A stretch of 63,920 nucleotides of DNA, counting the filler, from Phoronis australis (lineage: Eukaryota; Animalia; Phoronida): the NCBI GenBank assembly GCA_002633005.1. It is 7 parts of 7 records of this genome, joined end to end, with 100 filler letters (N's around TTAATTAATTAA, not from the genome) between each part and the next. Parts side by side here need not be neighbours in the genome. Positions count along the whole stretch, not along the records: positions 12,770 to 34,964 come from NMRA01000055.1; positions 35,065 to 43,335 come from NMRA01001911.1; 5 more parts are not named here. One strand, 5' to 3'. Positions 24,130-37,632 of the stretch are shown here, in pieces. Both the position numbers and the translations under genes were made by a program. Numbering within the stretch: the stretch's first letter is position 1; every line of letters begins with the position of its first letter. The notes below the pieces were generated by a model. It was not told the origin of the DNA and made no database searches. It worked only from the letters and a program-made list of their open reading frames with translations.

Positions 24130-24930
24130 ATCTTTTCCTTATTTTGTTTATCCTTAGGGTGCTAGAATGTTTGTCTTGAAGTGCCAGCAGGTTTGGATTT
24201 ACCAACTGGTCACAGCTTAGACCCTGATAATGCAATAATTCTTGAATACTGCTGCCTCCGCTTTCCTCATAGAATCGCAAGACAATCTCCACTCTCAAAA
24301 CTACTTTAAACTGCATACCACTACTCTAGACTTGCCAGTCTGATTCAACGTCCTCGATAGCATGAAAGATGCAGACGATTCCTAAACAACGAGAAATTTG
24401 GACACAATTTCAATATTTCACCTCAGACGAATGCTCATACTATCATTGCCTCCGCGGCATGCGGAGAGCAGAGGGTACAGCTTTTCCAGAAACTCGAACA
24501 ATACCCCAATGTTTACAAGAAAGACATCAGATCCTCCTCAAATTTATAACAACATTATTTTTTTTAAATGGATGCAAAGAACACAATTTAAATGAAAATA
24601 AGGTTCTATTCGAAATAGTTTCAAAATTTCTTTTTAACATTAAATCTCTTTGGAAGTCGATAACATTGTATACATGTGTTTATTTTGGAATCATCGCTTT
24701 GACTGTAAAACAAATTATTATCTATGAAAAGGATTTATTTATATTCGCTATCACGTTTATATTTAAAACACGTCATTGTAATCTTAACATCAGTTTATCA
24801 ATCTATGTATTTCTGTATAATTGTATATAGATTTCCTTGTATTGTACTGTTTAGCTCATATAAAAAGCCTCTTGGCGCTTCCTGGTTCTGTATATTTATT
24901 GTACGGATTATTTCACAATAAACATTCAGA
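24130..24930 (+). mobile_element. 3' end of a CR1-like LINE
   Basis: Degenerate C-terminus FFLNGCKEHNLNENKVLFEIVSKFL (LLxGxxxLxxxxNxxIFxxVxxFI pattern), then an AT-rich 3' UTR ending AATAAAC at ~24918. Confidence 0.55.
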
Positions 24931-26880
24931 AAAGATAACCTCTGTAAAATTCGCTCTTATTCATATTATCTACTACTGACAACCAACTCTGGAAGTTAAC
25001 ATCCGACAGCCTTTTTTAAATTTTGACAGAAAATACTGTTCATCACCGTCTTCTTAGCTGGTTCAGCCATACATGACCGACAAGTGTATACAAGAAATTT
25101 TTAACACGGTTCATCAATTATTTTGTATCGTGGCATAGCTGTGGATGGACGAAGAAAATGTGAACTTGTTGTGTTGTGCAAAGCTGTGAAAGGACTGAAA
25201 TTGGAATTCAACTCGGTCTAGGCCTGAATGCCGCAGGCATACAGGGGCGATAGTATATCCCCATAAAAAGTTACTCACTTCAAAATACAACAAATAAAAT
25301 CAAAAGAAACATGAATATGTGCACATGGAGTTATACTTAACACATACCCTGAGTCTGGATACAATTTAATCTACAAATAACGTGAACAACATGAAGAACT
25401 CGCGGTTTGATCGCTCGAGTTTCTCTCACCGAGCGCCGTTTTGAGGAAGTTACGTGAAATCACGCCTGTTGACGAACACATATCTTACAAATTTCACTTG
25501 ATATTTTCTCATGCTATTTTGCAAGTGTCACGCGCTAGGTCTCGCGCTGAGCTCAGTCTCGCGCTTGCCTTTGCCTCATACCCACTACCCTCTGACACAC
25601 AGCGCCACCTATACTGCAAACTTTCGTTTAGCACTGTGATAGAGTGTACATTCTCACCTGACTCAGTTGAAATACTTTGTGGTTATCGCGCCCGAGGTCA
25701 ACGTTAACAGTAACCACAAAGTGGAGTTGGAATTTTTCTCCAAAATCACCTGAATTCCCGTAGCTATGCTTCATCAAAGATATGTTTAGAAGCAGGAAAG
25801 ATCACTGAAGAAAGTAAGCGCCTTTTAGGCGATAATTTTAGGTGGAGAATGTATTTTTGACGAGGTGAAAACTTAATCAGTGAGCGGATTTCGGCTACCG
25901 CCCGTTGAAATACATGTACACGGGACGAAATTAGTGAAGAACGTGATAGAACATATTATTGTACGAATATGAATTTTATTTGCCATAACAGCAATGCTTG
26001 TTTGGCATTTATCGAACTAAACGGCTAAAACCTCGATGAAAATAACAGAATACACTCTGCTACCGTATTGGACAAATGGTCATGCAAACGACAAGCGTTT
26101 GCCCCACTTCCCGTGCCGTCACAGTTGAGTCTCACATGATCTCGCCTTATTGTTATAAACTCGAAAAAGGACTATTGTCTTTCATTTAAGATCAGAAACA
26201 TTGTTATGGAAGTCTATCAGTTTGCATTTTAGTATAAAGTGGTTGCCATGTCTCGACTTGCTCTCAAAACAGACACGTCGAGTTTTCTTGGATTATTATA
26301 CTTTTCTGCTCTATGTTGCAACGGACATGAACACATGGCACTCTCAGCATCAAGAACAGTAACATAGGCACAGTCAGAGCAGAACTCCGGCGTAAAACTT
26401 GCTGATGTCTCAAACGACGTGGCTAGAATGACGTTCAAAATCCCCCCTCCCCCCAAGGTCATTAACCAATAACACAAACGCAGATTCAGGGTAGACACAG
26501 TCAGTAAGCCTCTACATGTACCAGTGCAACGAGTTTCTCAAACGAGACTATAGATGTCCTACCGTTTCACAATACAATAACTTAAAAAATATCCGAAAGG
26601 TCTACACATATACAACACAGATAAATAATGACGGCCACACTCTCCCTTTGAAAAGACATTGTCCAGTGGATAGTAAACAATTACAAAATTTGTTTGAGCA
26701 TTTTCTGTGACTAGTACATGTACCCGTATTTCTGCATAGAATGGGTGGTACCATTGTGTCAATTAAATCAGTTTTTGGCCAGTAAGATTAAAAAATGTAC
26801 GATCGCCGAACAAATAAAAAAGTTCATTTCAATCAACGTTTCGTCTATTCATTAGACATCATCAGGATAATTATTTTCGA

Positions 26881-28052
26881 AGGACAACAAGTGCCATCGT
26901 ATAGCTCAGGTAACATCCATAGACCCTATTCACGCCGACAGGAGGCGAGTTCCAAAACAAGGCTTGCTACGATAGCTCTGGTGGCTTATCCGCGTAGTTG
27001 TACTCCGCGTTGCTCGAACAGCTAGAAAAAATACGGACACTCTGTTTTACAATCCCTAAGGACATTGGGATTCGGAAGCGTTGGGTCCTTGCCATACGCC
27101 GCGACGAAGGAAAATATGTCCGTGTAAAATTTATAACTGTTTTCGAATCATAATTTGTCGCATCTCGGACTGGATGCCACCATAGCAACGAGGACCGGAG
27201 AATCTTCGGCCACCCAGGCTGTGTTTTCATGACTATGGGTTGAAGCGCGATGCATTTTTCTTTACAAAAAGGACAGGGCACTCAATCCCTCAATTTTGGG
27301 GCCAAATATCGGCCCTATTCCCCTCCCAAAAATATTGAAAAATCACGCGAAATTCCTGGCCACGAGGCCTAAAAATCCCCTTTGTGATTGAAAATTTCTC
27401 TCCACTGGTTCAANGTGCCTACCTCACCAGGACCTAGGCTATGCTTGAAGCTAATAGGCCTACTCTTGATCAACAAATTAAACCAGATGAGACTAATCGC
27501 ACATGACAGCAAAATGCTATGAGCCACCACTGTCGAATATATCTTCAACTCGTCAACAATACGACCAAATGACCTGGTTCGTGTAGAAAGCATTTTTATC
27601 AAGAATCTATTACAGCAAACGTAACCCTGCATTCAGCATGATACCTAATCCGTAACACTACGATCGCAGCAATTTGGCCATGTTTAATTTTCAGGTTTCG
27701 AACCTAGTTTTCCGGAAAAAAAACTATATCCTTTCGTCAAACAACTCTTTGGTGCATTGACTTGTTCTTTAACTGTATTTTTCTACGTCTCTGTGGTTAA
27801 TTATTCACACATTTTTTAAGATATAATATTCAGGTTGGACTCCAAAGACCGGCCATTTAACTCACGCAATGTAAATTTCCGCTTTGTTTATTGCAGTGAG
27901 CCTCGCTTTGGATTTTAATGTCCGCCGCGTGAATAGAGTCTATAAAGTGAAGTAGGAGACACAATAAGTAGCTGGTCATCACCATAGTTACAGGGTCACT
28001 GAGCTCTGCATGTTATTCAGAGAATCCAGTAGCATGCTGGTTCTGAATGGTC
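26881..28052 (-). mobile_element. Penelope-like 3' fragment split by an ISL2EU-like insertion
   Basis: 26881-26920 and 27942-28052 together are colinear with 12787-12945 (ggacaacaagtgcca...aggtaacatccAT | ...gtgaagt...gtagctggtcatcaccatag...). Confidence 0.75.
26921..27941 (+). mobile_element. Non-autonomous DNA transposon, ISL2EU/PIF-like, copy 2
   Basis: TIRs AGACCCTATTCACGC / GCGTGAATAGAGTCT. The AT target duplication is supported by the empty site at ~12826. Decayed THAP: CTPRCSNS...TIPKDIGIRKRWVLAIRRDEGK. Confidence 0.8.
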
Positions 28053-30481
28053 AAACAATCTTAAGGCCAACAATTCGTTTCTATTACGCCCGATTAGACA
28101 CAGAATGTGCTTCACCAAGTTCATTGCTTTGCTTGCCTGTTTTGCGATTGTCCTGCAGCACGTTGCCTAACATAATGTACTAGAAAATACAAACCCTAAA
28201 TATTTATAGTGGACGCAAGTCTTCAACTGCAATACTATTTTCCAATTCTTTTCATTTGTTCACCTTTACTGACACCAACTATTTTTGACCTGCAAGTATA
28301 CAGACATATTAAACTTTAAACATTTTTTCTAGCACATCCAGTCGCCTCTGTAACTCAGCAATAGAGTCGCCAACTAAAGTGTAACATCATCGGAATTAAG
28401 TAATGAAAACAAATTCTCAATGGCAGGGCCAACCACTTTCCCGCCCAGTCTTCATTTCATTAGGCCTTCGTACATGGATGTTTAAATCGCCATTTCAACA
28501 TACCGACTAAAACCCCCAACTCTAATTTTCTTTTCTAACCGCTAAAAATAGTGGAGTTTACACGGCAATTGTCGAGAAAAATCTGAGAGCTGCAAACAAT
28601 CACTCGAGTCACCTCCAGATACCAGAGGTGGTTCACAAAACGCATGCACACTTCACAACGTTCTATTCCGGAAATGTGGACATAGGTAGAATGGAAGATT
28701 TTAATTGGTCCTTGGGGAAAACCAACCCCAAGACATTACAGAAAAGATAGCGTGGCGCACGCTTTCATACAAAAAGGTTTGAAAACCTGTAAATTTTGAG
28801 TGTTTCTACGATCTAATCGTTTGGTTGGTCTGGCTAGGTCAGGGGCTCTCGCCCGGTACGGTGAACGTACCGCACTGGGAGTGATCTGAACTTATTATCC
28901 TAGGAGGACGCGTTGTAAAATACCGGAGGAATGGCGGAGAAAATTGTCATGTAAACAATCATAATATAGCGTTTAAAAAGTAAACGTAAAGAAAAGCACA
29001 GAAATAGCGTAGAATGTTCAAATGTATGTGCTGTTCACTTTAGTAGCAAGTTGATTTTATAAAGTATATATAGGTTCGTACGTGTTTGTACTAGTAAACA
29101 TTATATTTCGAAATTCGTGATATGTAAAATATTTGAACGAGGGCTGAATAAGTCCATATATAGATAGTTATACCACATACATGCTGTACGAATACTACTG
29201 TCATATCCTATCGAGAATTCATTTCATCTTTGAATGTCCCAACGACACCAAAGTACTTCTTTGCATCTTAGTGGCAATGCTGTACGTGAACATGGAATCC
29301 TGCTTAATTTCAAGATTAAGCGGAAGTGAGTGTTGCATGAACTTGGAATACGCGAGGCAACTTGACAAGTTCACTGAAATAATCACGTTCATGGTCATAA
29401 AAATTTGCACTGCACTAAATCAAATCACATTTGAATAAAGTAATGTCAATTTTAACCCACCTTTTTAACTACGGGCGATCAGTTTCACCAAACAATAATC
29501 GATTTAGCCATTCATATATTCCTCCGGTTCAGCGACACAAGTTAAGGTAAAGGAGAAAATGGTTGATCGCGAGGTCAATAATTACAAAAACTCTTTTCAC
29601 CGGAACAAAAGTTTTACCTTTTTGCCTTAAAGAATATTCTATGGGGCTATTCTGAAAATTCACATTAACCAGAGGGCGCGCGTGTACTAGTGGTGATAGA
29701 TGAACAGCCTCGATTTCGCGAGCCCTTTAAATACATAGTGAAATGGCTTGCAGCTGTGCCAACTAAATCTGAGATTTCGTGAAAAGGAAGTTTCTATGAG
29801 AGGAAGTAAGCACACCCTAATACAAAGGTAAGGTTTGTGGTTATTTTAATGATTATTCTATGTTTATTCTACTGATGCCTGTTTACTGAGGTACTCGCCG
29901 ATGTCGACTTCACGGCAGTCGCCAGTCAGGTTAATCTTTGTTTGTTGTGATGTGTGTTACGATACTTGACTTAGCACTCGGGATCTTTTCGTGCATCAAA
30001 GCAGTATTATTGTTTGGAATGATTTCTAACAGGTTTATCAGTGACAGTTACATCAATCAATGCTGAGTATTTATGCTGTCAACTCTGGTTAGTGAGTTAA
30101 GATTACAATCCAAGGCGAAGAGTAAGTGACAAATATCCATAGAGTATTAGTTTACTCGCTGTCCTATGTCTTCCGGAACTCTATTACACGTTGAAATGGA
30201 AATCTATCACATCTGTTTTCACGTGACCTTTGATTTTTAGGTTTGAGATCTCAAGTTGTACCGTAAGGAGGAGATATGCATCGCTTCTGCACCATCCCTG
30301 AATGGACAAAAATTGGATTTTAGCATTTGACTGCAGTTAACCAGCAAGATCTTCCCGTCCAGTGCAGATCTGTTGTCAAAGCCTACTTTCTATATTGGAC
30401 ACAACGAACAAAGCCTTTGAAAAGGAACAGCTATTTTTTAAAGAAAAGTATGTAATTCATTTAGTTAATTTACTTATTCTG

Positions 30482-30695
30482 GGGCCCGTTCCAACAAAAC
30501 TGACTTAGCTAAGACAATTCTTAAATTTTACTAAATTTTAAAATAAAAGTTAAATTTGTCTCAAATTCATTTCAACGCAGAGATCTTAAGCTTAATTTAA
30601 TTGTTTGACGTATGCTTTGTCTTAATATTGGAAGTTAAGACAAATCTTAGACTTAAGTCGAAAATGAACTTAATTCAGTTTCTTGGAACGGGCCC
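30482..30695. mobile_element. PIF/Harbinger-type MITE
   Basis: TIRs GGGCCCGTTCCAA / TTGGAACGGGCCC with a 3-bp CTG duplication on both sides. Confidence 0.85.
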
Positions 30696-33600
30696 CTGGT
30701 CCTCAGGGAGGGATTGGCATAGGGGTTTAAGGTTGTAAAATTTGGTGCAACTGACTCTGTGGAAATAACAGGTAATACATGTTTGAGGAAAAGAGCATGG
30801 CGAGGTAATGCTTAACCTTCGTGAAGCTCCTTCGAGTTTATTTCATGAAACCCTTTTGCTATCAATTGTAAACTCATAAAAATATATTACATTTTCTGAA
30901 TTTTCAGTGACTGAGTCTTAACTCATGCCTTGAAATGTTGCAAGTCATTTATAAATTCAAATGACTTCCATTTCTTGTGAAAATTGCATTTTTTAGGTGC
31001 TTTACGATTTGTAATTACTCTTAAACAACAGAAAGATTATCCATCATTTTTTAAATGACCCAAGTAATCATATCTTCTATTAGGAGAAAAATAAAAAGTC
31101 TGAGAAACCGTTCCCTCAGCCTTAGACTAGAAGTATGCTTGACAGACCATGAATCTGTAATCGGAGTTTAAAATTGCTGAAAGTATCAAAAATATAAACA
31201 TTGAAAATGGGTAACAAAGGTTTGAAGTTGTCTCAAAAAACTTGCATATTTTAAAGACATGTGATGCGTTTAAAGAATTGTTATGGCTACGTATGAAGGA
31301 TAAAGACGCAATTTTATACAATACTTATTATGTACACCCTTGCTTTTTTGAAAATAGTAATTATTTATTTTTTGTGAAATTGTAGAGCAGTCACCATATC
31401 ATATTTTTGGAAAACAGGGATAGCATTTTTGACCAAAACTGGAGTACTTAATAATTCATATTTCAATATTTGTTCCAGGTTCATTGACATTTTAAGACCA
31501 CTTCAAGTCGCAACACAGACAAGATTTGTTAATCCTTTCTCTTCCCTCAGCATTTACACGCACCAGCAGTGCTGCATGGCACAATGTACAAGTCAGTGGC
31601 CCTGGAGAAATGTGAGCCGCAGATCTAAGTTACCATAAAACTGTGTGCCAGTGAATTGTTTGTGTATGAAGAGAAACTATATCCGACAGCTACACAAGTC
31701 AGTCTCACTGGTGAGGATGTTTCATAGGCAATGAGTCATGTGTGGACAATAGCTTATTTCCTTTCCTGGAAGAAACATGAGGAACTGAAGATAAAAAAGA
31801 CCTAGTGACACTCTGGTCTAGTTCAGGGTTAGATTTTTGGCACAAAACAAGTCAAGTGATATGCTGCTGTGTGTACCTTCAAGGATCTAATTGTGGATGT
31901 TATTAAGGCTGAATGGGGTTACACGAACGAAAGCCACGTGCCGAAACTGGGGCTTTTTTACAAGCGCTTCTAAACGCCATTGAAACTAGATCCCAGTGAA
32001 ATGAAAACCAAAAGCATCTGGGATAAATACCTGTTCTTTCTCACTGAGTGGCATTAACTTTCCCTTTCAGAAGAAAGGCTTTTTACAAATGGTAAAAACT
32101 TTTCAATTTGGCACACATTATGGGGAAATGACATTCAGTGATTGCATCGATTGTCTTATTGTCAGTAGAAAGCCCTTTAATGTTACACTTTGACGATGGA
32201 ATAAATTTTTCATTAACAGGCAAGTTTGTCAATAATTATTGAAACCACAATATTTCTTCAGATTTAAAGCCCCATACAGTGCAGTTGTGCTTATTCTTTA
32301 TGAAGCTGAAATGATTGCCGAATATGTTAACGAAATATTTTCCTGTTGACCTATAAAAATGTGCAAGAATCAAAATGAAGTATTCCCTTAATTTGATTTG
32401 TTTGTTTGTGTGTGTGTGTGTGAGTGTAATTATAATTAGAGCTTTCTTAAGAAGACCTTTGAACAATTGTAAGTTTTGTGTTAACTTGTCTATGAACAAA
32501 AGTTCCACATGAAAAAAAGTATGTTTTCATTTGTAGCTAGCTGGATGAGAATCTGCTGTACACAAGATTCGAGAATAAAAATTATCGGTGTATTTAAAAA
32601 CAAAATGGCAAACTGAACAACCAAATACAAACAAAGAAACAACATTGTCCATAAACAGGCATATCAAGAGCAGAATTTTTGAATTAGGTTCAATTCTCTC
32701 AAGTTATTGCTAAAGGATTGCTTTTCACTTTGTCAAGCGGTAAAACAGATGGTCAGGCGGCTGGTTTCAGTCGTTTTCTCTTACCTGTAACAGAATAATC
32801 AGAAAATTAGCAAATTATAAAAGAAAATGTAAGACACACCTACTTCTGAAAGGCAGAATATACTCGATTTTTCATCTTCATGTTTTTATGTAGAAGCTAA
32901 TATTCTTTTTACCCAAGTCTTATTTAAGATCTAAATTAAAATATGTGAAACAGGCTAAAAGTGATTTAACAATGTGTATTTTCATGACACCTAAAATGTG
33001 CTTCTGATCTCGATATCAACCCTTAGGGTTTATTTTGCATTACTCATCTCTATTTATAGCCTCAAAGGCCTACTTTTGTATTCATACATTTCTCCATGCG
33101 ACACCTGATTGGTCGCCCATATTTCCTTTGTTCAGTTCAACGTGCTCTCTCTCATTCAGCCACCTACCTCGTCGTCTACAAGACCTACGTTCGTTCTCTG
33201 CATTTTTTGCCCCACCTTCCATCCCGGGTGTCTGTTCCACTTGTCTCTTTTCTCATATACACTTCCTGTTAGGTGTTTTCAAGTTTTTTGTTCATGGTCT
33301 GTACTTTTCCTTTAAACCCTTTAGCCAGTTGTTTTGTTTTGGTTCCCTCTTTCAAGGCTCTTCATTGTACACCCCGGTGGGTGTTTTGTCCATACCCATC
33401 TTGCATAGTCTTATTTAGTTTTATCTATTTACGTCATAATAAATGACATTATTCGCAATCCTCCTCTTGTTTTACTCTGCAACATAGCTCGTGGCGTACC
33501 CCGGGCAAAATAGATTACGATAAAAAACACACACTCGTTATTAAGTGTGAATTTCCTGTAAAGACCTTTAGCTCACTGTGTAGATATACCGTATGCATTC

Positions 33601-36600
33601 ATAACGAAACGTTTTCGTTGGATTTGAGTTACGTTTTTGGCTGGTTTTGCAGACCGGCCGGGGGACGCTACTTAGCTTGACCTAATTATGATGACCTAGA
33701 CTGAAACTTCAGCGAGGCGCAAAATAGCCGCCTGGTCACCGTGCGTGGGAATTTTTATCAGTATTTTTTCTGTCTTTAGAGAATTAAAACTGCTTTCTCA
33801 GGATCGACGACTTCAGTTGGATTGATGACTTGGTTAACCCAAATGAACGAGCCCTATCAAATTTGGCGTTACATGTTAGTTGCAAAGAATTCCAAATGTG
33901 GTAGTCTTTTTGGCTGTTTGCAAGTAATCAGTTGTAGAGCAGCTGATTGAAATTTTAAGTTCTAGTAGAATACCTGTTGGAATAAAGTCTTACAATAATT
34001 TCTAGTTGTGCTGTAGTTGAAATTTGATTTTGGAATAATTTCAGTTGAAATTTGATATTAGCAACTGCTTATGAAGTTTTAAACTGTCGACAATTGTTTC
34101 ATTTGACCTACAAGCTTCATAGCTCCATTTTTAAACTGGGAGTCAACAGTGTTGTTTGATTACCACTCCTGAATGGGGGAAGAGAACTGTGCAATAATGT
34201 AAGTTTAGAAGGCAAGATGTGCTTGGCTGATTTTACAGAACTAGCTCAAACTACAATATATAATCTCCTGCCTCTAAGTGTCAGAGTGTTGCTTACAGAC
34301 AATAGCAAGCGTCTTGTGTAGGCCATGCTTCAACAGGCAAAGTATACGCGTACTCAAGATTGCTCATTAAAATGTATGTTCAAAACAAATATATTTTTAT
34401 TTTCAATTTGTATTTTCATCATAGGAATTGGTCACTGCCAAATTCCTTAGCCAAGTGCATCCAAGTCTTCAGAAAGGATTTCAACATGTCGTGAATACAT
34501 CTACTATCACTAGAAACTGTGGGAACACCGCATTTATCCACCTTCACTCTCATCAGGCTTCTTTTTATGTATTTATTATCCTTTACAAACAATTACAAAA
34601 ACAAACAAACAAATAAGTACACCATTCATTCACGCATGCACACCTCAGGAAGACCATTTTCATATCTCGTTTAAAGTAAATATCTTCTACATGAAGTTAA
34701 CATGAAACAATAAATTTTTCCCATTTTGCAGAGAAGCTGTCATGTACAAAGTTTTTATGTGCATTTAATTTTTCAGCATTATAGTATTCATAAGTTTTTG
34801 TAACGAACTTGAGAAAATTAGGTATATTTTTGTGACATCTCTCTTTGTAAATGTACTGTTTAGCTAGTAGAAGCAAAATGTTAAATAGAAAATCATGCGT
34901 CTTGTAAAGTCCAAGAATAACAATATCGTAAGACAGACAGTTGGGAAGCTGAATGCCACACTTTNNNNNNNNNNNNNNNNNNNNNNNNNNNNNNNNNNNN
35001 NNNNNNNNTTAATTAATTAANNNNNNNNNNNNNNNNNNNNNNNNNNNNNNNNNNNNNNNNNNNNGTTACTAATCCTTGCTCAGTAATAGCTTGAAAAAGG
35101 CTGCTGATGAGTAAGATAATTCAGGTTAGTCCAAAAACATTGAATGACCTTGTTGGACTAGTCACCTTTTTCAACATTGAATTGCATGCTTGGGAAACCT
35201 TGCTTCTTGGTAACCAGTGCTGTGCAAGCTTGAATCAGATTGGTAGCCAGTGCCTAACTTACATAATTCTGTCACCAACCAAAACACATTTTCCTGCCAA
35301 CTGCCAGTAGGAATAAATTTTTGGCTCACCCATGACAACTTAGCTCATATGCATTTGTTACACTCTGGTGCTGGCAAGTTTGTACATGTATGTTTAGTGT
35401 GGATCCTTGAATAAACTGGGACCAAAAGCTTGAATAATATTATCCAAGCTTGAATAAGGTACTTTTTAGCTTGATTAATCTCCTCAATACGGATCATTAC
35501 ATCATTCGAGATTGATGAATTTAGTGTCATACCCAATTCTTGCAGTATCTCCTCATAGATAATACCATCTAAGCTGACCACCATTTGATGTTCTGACCAA
35601 CATATTTTCTCGCAACCTGTAATTCCATCGCTCTACCTTGTGCTACCTTCTTCAAATGGCGTCGACCTCTAAAAGCGTCGTTTTGTGAAAAATTGATTAA
35701 TTGTATGCTGCTGCTTCCAAGCTTGAAGTCAAAACTATTCTCTTGTCCTTCTAAATGGGTACTCAAAATGTAGAGGTTTACGTTCTGCCCTCCGTTCGGT
35801 AATTCTGCAGCCTGTTAGTAAGAATTAGTGCCATTTTGTGCGCTGTGTGGCATACTGAAATTTACTAACCCGCCAGATGGCGATCAGGTCTTTGATTGAC
35901 AGGCGTTCAGCGCCACTTTTAGTTCCCATGTAATGCTGACTGGTATGAACAGCGTTTTAACACATTCCTGTTATTGTAATAAATTTCCACTGCTGTGTGG
36001 TCGGATGTACCAATGCCTTACGAATAAAGACAAACCTTTTGAAATATCAATTGATGAACAAGGACTCCTGTTCCATACATTTCCCACTACGAAGATGTAT
36101 CCGTGACAAAGCCAATGGCTACCACTAATAAAAGTGGGATAATTTCGATCCCAGCTGGTGCCAAAACGCTAAAATAAATTGGTGAATTTTACATAATCAA
36201 ACAATGGGAGGGGCTGACAGTGGAATTTATTCCTCTGCTTTTAATAAACCACCAAATCTGAATCTGTATCAATTGGAAGTTACTTTCATGCTCTCATTAC
36301 ACTAGAGAGTGCCAATGTGAAAAGGATAAAGTAATGGCCATTAATAGCTTCAAAATTAAATGCTTTTCCATTTTTAATTTTTTCTGTAGTTGCAATCAAT
36401 GTTTTGAAAAAAATGTAGGCATTGGCAACAACGTTAAAAGCCATTGGAAAATGCAAATTACATTTTTAGTAATTATAGTCTGAAATTTGCGAAAGTTTAC
36501 CATAGTATGCCGTATGAGATATTACTTGGAGAGAAGTTATCTACTCTTATTGAGGAGTATGGCTGATGTGGGATAAATGAACTCTGCAGTTGTCTGGAAA

Positions 36601-37369
36601 AATACGATATGACAAAAACAAACTTATGACAGGTATTTTCAGCCCCTCGAGGTTGTGATCCCTATATGTTTTGATAATTTGTACTAATCTGGGAGCAAGT
36701 GGCTACTGCTGAAATTCCAGCAAACTTGGCATCCACAATATTCTCGCACTTAGTGTTTCGTAAGGTTTGCTGCAAATTTATCAAAGAAAACGTCTATATA
36801 ACTATTGAAAAAAGATTCAAAGAACTGCTAGTGATTCTTTCTGAACTCCATTTCAAAGGGATAGAAGTTTTGAGCAACAATGAATCAAACAGTCTCAGCA
36901 TGCCTGTATGTATGCATTGATGATGTTATTCTTGTATGTATGCATTGATGATGCCTGCAGTGATGATTAGGGTGTTCACTCTTCAGTATCTGATACCATG
37001 ATGTAACAGTTGGTCCAGAATACACAAAGAACACAGCACTTGTCCAGCACTATTCTAGTTAAGCTGTTGCAACTTTTCAAATTAATATAAATGTCGTAAC
37101 TCTTGGTCTAAACACTTGAGAACCGGTTTCAAAAGTTGTAATTGTAGCTTGGTTATAACTCTTAGCGAGGCTGGTTTAGCAAAAGGTTATTACGATTTTA
37201 ACCCGGTGTGAATGTGACAGAAAGTTGCAAGTTATAACTCATTAGGCCGCGCTGCTGTCAAATTTCGTTGAAATCAATAGCACACCTGAGGAACTGGGGT
37301 GAATTGGAAAGTGATACCACTGATGACTGTTGTCTAAAATTTCGTAGTAAGGGTTGAAGCAGAGTAGAG

Positions 37370-37516
37370 ATCAGCATCTGTCTCGTGGCTAGAAAAATCT
37401 AGCAAAAGTCACATGTTATCATTTGAAGTACATGGCAATATCTCACGTAATCTTGCGAAGTCTTGCTTTTTAGAGAGGCCCTAACGTAGGTCCTAGCGTT
37501 ACTAAACTCTACCCAG
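37370..37516. repeat. Short repeat family C copy
   Basis: Shares 'gcgaagtcttgctttttag.gagg..ctagcgttact.aactctaccc' with 53324-53456. Further copies at ~17260-17400 and, reversed, ~58240-58370. Confidence 0.7.
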
Positions 37517-37632
37517 TTTTAACTGTAAGTGTTAATGGCAAAGATTACATTACAGTTAAACTATGGGAGGAGTGAAGGGGAGAGGTCTGACCACATCCTA
37601 GTTTATTGGTTGACTTTTACAGAGACCACTTA

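Noticed and set aside
33000-33510. Possible LTR end with a primer-binding site
   Set aside because: AATAAA…CAACA followed by TGGCGT is suggestive, but I found no matching 5' end, TSD or internal domain.
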